A stretch of 64,000 nucleotides of DNA from Octopus vulgaris (Eukaryota), in the NCBI GenBank assembly GCA_951406725.2, contig OX597825.1:7874001-7938000 (forward strand), read 5' to 3'. This document shows, piece after piece, positions 54,000 through 64,000 of this stretch. Position 1 is the stretch's first letter. Each line of letters begins with the position of its first letter. The position numbers were made by a program, and so were the translations under genes. A model generated the notes under the pieces. That model ran no database searches. It saw only the letters and a program-made list of their open reading frames with translations, and was not told the DNA's origin.

Positions 54000-54610
54000 T
54001 ATATGTATGCATTTATGTATGTATTTATATGTATATATATTCATAAATATTTTGTCTATATTATGTTACATTTTTTTATGTATAAGTATCTGCATATATA
54101 TATGACAAAAATAGATAGGTAGAGAGATAGGGTGAGATAGAGAAAGAAAGGAAGAAGCAAAGAGACAGAGAGACAGTTGGTGTTATAGAGAGAAAGAAGG
54201 GAAATGAAAGATGATAAATCAGGAAATTTATTCAGAAACGCTTTACCATTTCCATCGGATGTTATTCTTATGTTGAATACATTTTTGTCTGTGTTGTTTT
54301 GCAGAACTTACCAAAGCAAAATAATTTAGTCAGTTGTGAATCAAGAAAAGTCAATGAAAATAACAGATACCAAATGAAACTGAAAATCTTTTTTCATCTG
54401 TAAAATGCCACGAGATTATAACTGGAAACTGTTTTGCTGGCATTACTAAACCGTGTGGAACCTGACGAAGAGCATAGCCAAACGTGGTTCGCGAATAAAA
54501 AATGAAGAATCTGATCAACTCTGTCGCGAACAGTTTATTATCATATTTGGAATAGATTTTCGGTAGGAAATACGTTAGCTCTTTTAACATCGGAGTGGCT
54601 GTGTGGTTAT

Positions 54611-55113
54611 AGGCGCAGGAGTGGCTGTGTGCAAGGCGGCCAGCTGGCAGAATCGTTAGCACGCCGGGCGAAATGCTCAGCGGTATTCCGTCTGCCGTTA
54701 CGTTCAAATTCCGCCAAGGTCGACTTTGCCTTTCATCCTTTCGTGGTCGATTAAATAAGTACCAGTTACGCACTGGGATCGATATAATCGACTTAATTCG
54801 TTTGTCTGTTCTTGTTTGTCCTCTCTGTGTTTAGCCTCTTGTGGGTAGTAAAGAAATAGGTATTTCATCTGCCGTTACGTTCTGAGTTCAAATTCCGCCG
54901 AGGTCGACTTTGCCTTTCATCCTTTCGGGGTCGATAAATTAAGTACCAGTTACGCACTGAAGTCGAAGTATGCGACTCAATCCGTTTGTCTGTCCTTGTT
55001 TATCCTCACTGTGTTTAGCCCCTTGTGGGTAGTAAAGAAATAGGAGTGGCTGTGTGGTAAGTAGCTTGATTACCAACCACATGGTTCCGGGTTCAGTCCC
55101 ACTGTATGGCACC
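54611..55113 (+). mobile_element. SINE-B head interrupted by a SINE-A dimer
   Basis: AGGCGCAGGAGTGGCTGTGTG | insert | AGGAGTGGCTGTGTGGTAAGTAGCTTG...CCCACTGTATGGCACC. Confidence 0.88.
54632..55041 (+). mobile_element. Dimeric SINE-A with 15-bp TSD
   Basis: AGGAGTGGCTGTGTG at 54617-54631 and 55042-55056; same dimer junction as 4134-4550. Confidence 0.92.
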
Positions 55114-56254
55114 TGAAATCATATAAACGACCCTTATACGCTTTCCGTGCTGAGAACGAGCTTACAAGCTACTGAACAACAGAATGTGTCGATGAATCTT
55201 ATTTATCCATTTCTCAGTTAAAGACCCGGCTTTGTGTTACGATATGTAAGACAAAAGCTTGTGGCAAATGCAACGAACAAAGTGTTCCCGGGAACAGCCG
55301 ACAACTGTCAATTAATCAAACAAACATGGAGCGAAATAAAATCTGGATAACACAATCTTAATTACCAAAAACCAAATTGACACACGAAAATTCGAAACGA
55401 TTTCTGCCAGACTGCTAGAATTCCCCGAAGAATTCTGCCAGGATTTTACACACTACTCATTTATTAAGAGATTTATTCATAAATTTTCACGCACGCACCC
55501 CCACTTCACACACAAACGCACGCACATACACACACACACATACTCATTGAGGGAGCCGCACTGTTGGTATTTCCTTTATCATTGCATCCATTTGTAATTA
55601 AGTTGGTAGTGTTTATGATATTAGTGAAAGGCGTAGAAACGACGGAGACGGAGTCGAAATTTTAGTCGGTCCATGTGATCAATTATTAAAGGCATTAAAC
55701 CGTCTCCATACTGTCTCATTTTCACATTAAATATCAAAATCTGTTATCTAATGTCTCTTGTTTTAGAGTAATTTTGGGAAGATTTGTTCACCATTTCTAG
55801 CTTGTCGACCAATGATGTAGAGACTCCCGCATTGGCTCTTATGATTGTTGTTGTTCACGGATGATACTGATGACAATGGGGATTTGGTTTTTTTACCTCG
55901 TATAATGGGTTATCAATGTAACAGTGGTGGTGGTGGTGGTCTTGATCGTGTTTGTGGTTGAAAGCTTTCACTGCTGTCTCTACTTGCAACGGTCTTGTGG
56001 CTTTTACGGCCAACAACATCAAAGCCTGTCACCTTTTCTCCTCACAATTTCCGCTACGAATGACGCCATAGTTTTATATTTTAACTTTACAAAAAATTCC
56101 AGTTATAATATTTAATTAGCTATTTTGTAACTTGTAAAATGACGACAAATATAAACTATACCTCATTTCTCTCACCTGTTCACAACAAAAAAGTCATGAT
56201 TATTAACTTAAGGTAATAATCATGCGTATGGAAAACAAGAATAATGATATTGAC

Positions 56255-56935
56255 TTAAAAATTTGGCTCAAAACCGCCCAATTGAAGGGTGATGGTAAGT
56301 CGATTATAACCCCCCCCCCACTGATATCTGATATATATTTCACCTATCCCTAAGAATGAAAAGTAAAGTGGATCTCGTTGAGATTTGAACACAGAACGTA
56401 ATGACGGACTACTAAGCATTCTGCCCGATGTGCTAACGATTCCGCCAGCTCGCCAATTTAAGAGCAATAATAATATTGATTTCAAATTTTGGCACAGGGC
56501 CAACAACATCAAGGGAGGGGTGAATCGATTGCATCGACCCCAGTGCTTGCCTGGTATTTTATGTTTTCGATCACTGAAATTTGAAAGGTAAAGTCGACCA
56601 CGGAGAAATTTGAACTGAGAACGTAAAGACAGACGAAATACCACTAAGCATTTTGTCCTGTGTGCTGTCGATACTACCAATTCGCCACCAAGAACAATAA
56701 TAATATTGTGAATATTTCTAAGGTGGGGTGAGGTCAAAATGGGTGGCACCCAAGAGAAGATGCTTAGCTGCGTTACCTCCGGCTTTAGGTCGTCAGTTCA
56801 AATGCAGCCGGGGTATACTTTGCCTTTCATTTTTCGGGTTAATGAAATAAGTATCAATTGAGCACTAGGGTCAATGTAAACGACCTACCACTTCCCCCAA
56901 ATGCTGGCCTTGTGTCAAAATTTGAAACCAATATT
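56255..56935. mobile_element. Cluster of three diverged SINE-A copies (-, -, +)
   Basis: Core and tail motifs at ~56255-56460 (-), ~56480-56700 (-) and ~56740-56935 (+). Confidence 0.75.
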
Positions 56936-57399
56936 TTAGACATTTGCATCGAGGCTATAAGAGCAGAAGTTCAGAAGCGACATTAATTGCACATACTAAA
57001 CATTAGAAAATGTCCAGAGTCTGAGTGAAGACAAGAGAAAAGTATGTGTATATGTACAGTTTCTGTTTATGCCCCACCCTAAAGGCAGACGCCGTGGCCC
57101 AATGAGAAAGCCTTATGTGAATTCGAATTACTTCGACTACATAGAACAGGTGACCTGTTCCAGTTTCTGGCCAAAGCCTACACTTTCATAATTAGAACGC
57201 GGCCTAATTAACAAACCTAGCGCATTACTCTTACTACACTTTCATATTTACTCGAGGAAATGCTTCTTTCTCAATCAAAAACTTATTCGGTGACGATTAA
57301 ACGAGGCCAGGAATATATTGAATTGTCTCTGGTCCTCTCGGTTGTACGCATGGCATTGTCGCTTTTTCTTTCTAATCACCAGACAGGAAAGAACAAAAC

Positions 57400-57760
57400 A
57401 AACTGCCAACCGTTTGTTGTCAAGAGAAATACGAGACAGTTTCAGCATCGATGGACCAGACTAGAGAAACTGCTTGGATTTCGAGAAAATGTTGTATGTA
57501 AAATTACCAGTTTCTGTCTGGATGCCAAGGATAATGTTAGAAAATAGTAGCAAACAAATTATACGGCTTATTGATTTCAGTAGACCAAGTAAAAAAGAAA
57601 GAAAAAATATATATAATATTGCACAAACTAAAAGAATATATACACAATCGAATGAGAAACTGAGAAAACACTGTCAAAGTTCATCAGGAAGAAAGAGTGG
57701 GGTATGTGATGATTTTGCTGGTTATAATTTGTTTATTTAGGTGGAAAATGGCTGATTGAC
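57400..57760 (+). mobile_element. Possible hAT transposase N-terminal remnant
   Basis: RQFQHRWTRLEKLLGFRENVVCK... and EKLRKHCQSSS loosely resemble TTF-type zinc-finger regions; weak. Confidence 0.25.
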
Positions 57761-57957
57761 GCTGAAAAAATGTAAGATAATTAGCAAGGCAGAATATAAA
57801 TGTACGCAACATGACATCATTCTGTTGATGTGTTTCGTTTAATCATAATGTTCTCGGTAGCAATGTCAAAGCTAAACGCATCTTCTCGATTCTGAAGTAC
57901 TAAAAATCGACCGAGACACTAGAGTCGTTTGAATCACTAATGTTTGTTTCTATCTTG

Positions 57958-58385
57958 TACTAGTTTTAGTCATTAGACTACGGTCATGCTAGGGCACTGC
58001 CCTGAAGAGATTTTAGCCGAACAGTTCCACCGCTGTACATTTTTTATAAAGTCTGGTACTTATTCTGTCGTCGAGTTCTTTTAGCGAACTACTAAGTTTC
58101 ATGGACGTAAACAAATCGACACCGGTTATCAAGCGGTGCAATGTAGACGAACACAAACTTGGAGATACACACGCACACACACACATAGACACATGCACAC
58201 ACGCACACACGCACACATATACATACGACGGGCTACTTTCAGTTTCCATTTACGAAATCCACTCACAAGGGTTTGGTCGGCTGGAGGACATAGTAGAAGA
58301 CACTTGCCAAAGATGCCGAGCAATGCGACTGAACCCAGAACAACGTGGTGGGGAAAGCAAACCCCTTAGCACGCAGCCACGCGTG
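57958..58385 (-). mobile_element. SINE-B copy
   Basis: Reverse complement of the SINE-B body and tail. Confidence 0.85.
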
Positions 58386-58865
58386 TACCTATTTACGCAT
58401 AATAATTTATAAATTTGGCACAAGGCTTCGGATATGGAAGAAAAGCAGAACTAATTAAACTGAATCAAGTACTTGACACATAATTTGAGAGGTTGAAGCG
58501 GAAACTAATCCCAATGAGATTTGTATTCAGAACCCCAACTAAATAAAGAAGAGAATTTCAAATCTCTTTTATATAACACCACTTAATAATTTTACATTCC
58601 TTGCAATAGTAGTTTTTGGAGATGAAGTGTTTGTAATATATACGTGTACGCACAAACATACACACGTATATATATATATATATATATATACACAAACGGA
58701 CGCATGCTCAGGCACACGCTCACAGTTTCACGCACATGTAGCAATGTTTGTAGGCTGTTAGTTAGCATCGTGAAAAGTCTCTGTCCCAAGAACAGTGACA
58801 GGGAACTTATCATTTAAGTGATAAGAAGCAGTAAAGTAGAGGGTCAAACCTCGCAGTTCGATATA

Positions 58866-59571
58866 CACTGAACCGCAAAAGAAACGCTTTTTTTTTTAAA
58901 TGTCATATTTACATGATAAATTCTCAAAATTTATTTCAGGAATGTAAGTGTAAATATTCTAAGACATGAAGGTTTATGCAGGTAACCTTTCAACTTACCC
59001 TGAAACGAGAGACCAAAACGCAGCTGCGTTGAATGCCGCGTATGGCAGTCGTAAATAATTGTCAAGAAAACCGAAATGCATGTGCATCGCATGGAAGTTA
59101 TGGGAATAACTTCCAGCAGTACAATGCTTCCTGCGTCAGCACATTATCAGAACCATGCCTGGTCGTCTCTCAGCCTGGATTTGAGCCCAATTGATCAGCT
59201 GTAAGATGAAATCCAGAGACGGCTAAAGCAGGTGGTCCTAAGGCCGAGAACTCGTGTTGAACTGGAGGAAGGTTTCCTCAGGGTGTGGGAACAAGTGCAA
59301 ATGGCTTCTGTGAACCACCTCATGCACTGCATGTACCGACGGTGTATAGCTGTTTTGAACACCCAAGGGGGCATACACGGTATTGAGGATGTCACGACCT
59401 ACAATCTTGATGAGCTGGATCCGCCCGCTACCAGAACACAAGACAACGACCCGTAGACTGTGGTCAAACTGCATCCACTTTATCATATTTATCAAAATTT
59501 ATCACTGACATAATGGAATTAAAACATATTCCACAGCCACATATGTCTCGCGTTTCTTTTGTGGTTCGGCG
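58866..59571 (+). mobile_element. Internally deleted Tc1-like element with both TIRs and TA target duplication
   Basis: TA-CACTGAACCGCAAAAGAAACGC ... GCGTTTCTTTTGTGGTTCGGCG-TA (19/22 match); internal WSSLSLDLSPIDQL*DEIQRRL...CMYRRCIAVLNTQGG. Confidence 0.9.
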
Positions 59572-59879
59572 TATGTTTAGGACAGTCACAGCCGAAGATT
59601 AAAAGAAAATGAAACATTTTTGTTTTACTTTCATTTCTTTTATTATATGTCCTTGTTTGCTTTCTTGATTTTCTTTTATGTCTGGTGTATTATGTTTTAG
59701 GCTACCTCTAGTTTTGAGCTGATGGCTATTTGTACAGTGAATCGTATGAAGCTTTGGCAGATATATTTTTCCAGTGTGTCTTTTGACTTCTGCGAATTTA
59801 ATCTTTTCTGTCTAATTCATTTTCCTTTTGATGATTCTAAAACTCTTTTATTCTATGTTCCTTGATATTGTGAGTAAGT

Positions 59880-60180
59880 TTTGACGCTGAAGGTAGGAGA
59901 GAATGCTTTTCCTTGTTGATGCTCAAGATAGAAATATAGGGCACAATTAGGGGTTTGTACAGAAATTGTAGTTAAGATGGCGACCTTTATACTGTGGGAG
60001 TTGTCTACAATGTAAAGAGAATTTTGCCGTGATGTTCTAGTGTTATCTGTTTTCTTTTAATACGGGCATGTATTAGAGCCATTAGATTCTCTATCAATGA
60101 TGATATTTAGAATAGTAGTTGATGATGAATTTTTAGTATCTCAGTAAAGATGATTATTAGGGTTAAATATTGAATATACC
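59880..60180 (-). mobile_element. Possible Penelope-like RT C-terminal remnant
   Basis: Minus strand IIFT.E..KNSSSTTILNIIIDRESNGSNTCPY*KKTD and HSIKVAIL resemble the PLE pattern FT.E...LxFLD..I.R...T..Y.K.T..; strongly decayed. Confidence 0.4.
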
Positions 60181-60733
60181 TCGCTGATGCTAGTTTAATT
60201 TTAAAGGTACTATTTCTACACCGTTGACCTCCAATAAATTTACCGGCTTTTATCTATAAAATAGTATTAAATGCACGAGTTTACACATTGTATGACGCCC
60301 TCCCTAGAAGGTGAGGTATAACTCTCCAGCCGCATCAGATTATAATCAAAGAAACGTTGTATCACTTATGGGGATTATAAATAATGTCTCAAAGTCATCG
60401 TGACATAAACATTCGTATGTCAACAATGTTTTAATACTATAAACGTGTTTGAAGACTATTGCAGATTTACCGCATTAATTTAAATTATTATATTTGTAAG
60501 GCTTAATTCCTATTATGAAGTAATAGGATTTTTGGTATATCCTACTTTCTAAGAAAACAGGTGTTAGTGGTTGTTTGAGCTTTTATCTTAATTGCTTCTT
60601 CCGTGTTTTTATTGATTTTGTTATAATATTTCGATAAGGCGTATATATATGGTGTTGCGACTTTTAGTGTTGTTTGAAAGTGTCTGGATGTAATGAAAAT
60701 GAGTTAGCAAAGAGTAATGACTCTGTGTGTGTG

Positions 60734-60764
<31 letters not shown>

Positions 60765-61400
60765 ACAAAATATTTTAACATTATGTAACTAACAGTGAGA
60801 TTTCATTTTCCTGCTATTTCGTTTGACCACTTGGCATTAATGTCTAATTGATATGTTGCACCAGCAAAACATAAGGCTATATCTGATATTTAGACATTTG
60901 ACACAACATTCACTTGTAAATACTACAGTTTTGGTACAAAACATTCACCCTGGAACCACATTTTATTTCATACACTTCAAAATACACAAACTACATTGAA
61001 CGGGTTTTTGTTTCATATTCAAATAAAATAAAATAAATGCATAAAGAAACACAAAATATATTCGGCAGGTGTATTCATGATTCGTAACTTGCAGGATATT
61101 ATGTTTATTTGAAATGGAAGCTTTTTTGTCGAGATCAGTAAAAGTTGAATTTTCACCTTTTATTTTTATTTTCTTTCAACTCCTTGTTCTATCTTTTAGC
61201 ATCTTAGTTTTCTCTTTTCTTCAATTCAATGATGACTGAATACAAACTTGAATGAAATATGAATTGAATAGCAAATCATGACTGAATAAGCAGGACCACT
61301 CCAGTTTAGTCAGCGTCTAATTTCTCTGCAGTGACTAAACAAAATAAACGTCAGAGAAGTTGGCTGTGAATTCTTCAAAAGCAACACAAGAAATTCTTCC

Positions 61401-61733
<333 letters not shown>

Positions 61734-63087
61734 GATCGTCAACTCACTTTTTTCTTTCACCACAAACTCCAAACAAAATCTAAATTTTATTTCTTACTTT
61801 TATTTTTCTGTGTAAATCATTTTCATTTTTTTTTTTTTTTACCTTCGAATCAAATAATATTGCATAAAATAAACTGCGAGGACTGATTGTAATTAAAGTA
61901 GGGTCTAGCTATGAGAATAAAATTGATTTGAATACGCCACACATAAACATAAACCCAGTCCTAGATGAAAGGTGAGAATTGTTGTTTTGAAACCTCAAGA
62001 TGAAATAGCTGCAAACTAAATTAGCATTCGCCAGCGAAATGATGATACTGATAATAATAATAATGTGGATGTCTACACAATTTTAATCTGAAGTTACATG
62101 AAGTATGTAACCGTAACTTAGTCTGAATTTGCATTTTAACCAGGAGAAGTGTACAGGGGGAGAATCTATTGAGTGTGTTCAATTGTATGGCTTTGTTTTT
62201 AGAATAATTTTGCTGCGTAGACATTGTTCTTATTCCTCTGGCGTCGATTAAATAATTATCGTTCCAAAACCGGGGTCGATTATATTAACTAATGAACTAA
62301 TGACCTTTTAACAAAGAAAAAGGTTGCCTTTTTGCATATGCTAGAAATCATTATCAAGCGAACAATAAACCACCTGTCGCTTTGTAAATTGCGAGGTACA
62401 AACACGATTGATTTTAATATATACATACAAGGTCTGTGATCTTACCGTTTTTAACATCCATTATACTTATTTTAACAGACATGTCTCGTAATGAATCATT
62501 CTTACTTCTTTTAATGTGTCAATGTTAAGTGCAACTATGGTAAACATAATTACACTTCTTCAACATCTTGTCTGAAACACAGACGTGGCGTCAGAAGAAA
62601 TCTAATGAGGTGTCTTGACTACGTTCGTTTGCACTCTTTAATACGATAACGCCTGTAAAAAGGTGTACAGAACACTGTCAGAACAGCATATCTTTCACTG
62701 CAAAATCGCTGATAGATTTTTTTTTTTTTTATAGACAGACGGTAAGCTGTTACTGTATAGTAAATACCTATTGGTTGCAAAAGAGACTGAAATATAAGTC
62801 ACCATTATCCGGTACCCATGTCTATCATGTGTAGCTCTAATTAACACATCATGTTACCATGTATTTGCATAATGTTAGTCTCACAAATATACACAAATGT
62901 CAACTAATCTCAAGTAGGCGCGAATGGAATGTTAACTACAGAGAACAAAGTCAAAGAGTTTATACGACGATCAAGAAAACTCACGTGCATGTGTGTATAC
63001 ACACACACACACATATATAATGTATATGTATATATATAATATAATATATATATTTATATATATATTATATAATATAATATATATATG

Positions 63088-63138
<51 letters not shown>

Positions 63139-63182
63139 ATATATATGTATATATATATGATATAATATATATGTATGCAGAC

Positions 63183-63340
63183 ATGGCTGTGTGGCATGTA
63201 CATATGGTTGCTTCCCAACCATATGGTTTCGAGTTCGATCCCACTGCGTGGCACCTTGGGAGTATGGCTTCTATTATAGCCACGGGCCCACCAAATCCTT
63301 TTGATATTGTAGACGGAGACTGAAAGAAGCCCGTCGTATA
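63183..63340 (+). mobile_element. Partial SINE-B
   Basis: TGGCTGTGTGG...CCCACTGCGTGGCACCTTGGG...CTGAAAGAAGCCCGTCG. Confidence 0.8.
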
Positions 63341-63781
63341 TATTTAGCCATTTGACACAGCAGTCACACACACATACACACACATATAAATTTAATTTAC
63401 AATCATCGGAATACTTATTGGGTGCGCATGTATGTATATATTCTTTAAAGTTTCCTAATATTTATGTATCTATTCATTCATTCAATGGTTGAACGGTGTA
63501 ATGTGAAACCATTTGGAAAGTAGGATGCACTATTCACGAAGCTTTCTAATTGATTTGATAATAAGTTATTCCAGACAATATTGAGATGTACCATTTTCAT
63601 TCATGTATAACAATATGCCGCCTTGATTTGAAACCGGTATCATAAGAGTCAATGCAAAACAACCACCGTCCCTCGAGTCCGTCTGTAACTTCTGTCGTTT
63701 ATTATTTTAAAAATACCGATAAATACTCACGCTTTGTGTCCGCTTGCATCAACAAATTCTTGTTTGCATCACCAGATGTAA

Positions 63782-63912
63782 GTATGTATGTATGTATGTA
63801 TGTATGTATGTATGTATGTATGTATGTATGTATGTATGTATGTATGTATGTATGTATGTATGTATGTATGTATGTATGTATGTATGTATTTATGTATGTA
63901 TTTATATATAAA

Positions 63913-63961
<49 letters not shown>
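63782..63961. repeat. (GTAT)n/(TA)n microsatellite
   Basis: Directly visible. Confidence 0.95.
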
Positions 63962-63964
<3 letters not shown>

Positions 63965-64000
63965 CGCAGGAGTGGCTGTGTGGTAAGTAGCTTGTTTAAC
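63962..64000 (+). mobile_element. SINE-B head, truncated by the window edge
   Basis: AGGCGCAGGAGTGGCTGTGTGGTAAGTAGCTTG. Confidence 0.85.

Overview
Very AT-rich, repeat-saturated eukaryotic non-coding DNA. The microsatellite load and SINE families strongly suggest a cephalopod (Octopus); this is inferred from repeat content, not verified. I found no intact host protein-coding exon, and nearly all ORFs in the track are translations of microsatellites. The window holds three tRNA-derived SINE families (A: Deu/Nin-like core, B: CORE-like with an internal microsatellite, C: CORE-like). It also holds decayed Tc1/mariner copies (DD34E, DD37D and others), a decayed Helitron Rep, an R4/Dong-like RLE non-LTR remnant, an RTE 3' end, Penelope-like (GIY-YIG, possibly RT) remnants, a Helentron-like non-autonomous element and a tRNA-Asn 3' half. 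Four observations stand out. (1) Several minimal hammerhead-ribozyme-like motifs sit in short non-coding elements, one linked by a shared tail to a head-to-head tRNA-like palindrome, suggesting a Penelope-dependent, ribozyme-carrying SINE/retrozyme family. (2) A set of (TA)n-embedded fold-back elements has unrelated hairpins but a shared ACTTGGTG...ACCCT terminus. (3) There is an almost perfect ~470-bp inverted duplication. (4) A dimeric SINE-A has inserted twice, with TSDs, into SINE-B copies.
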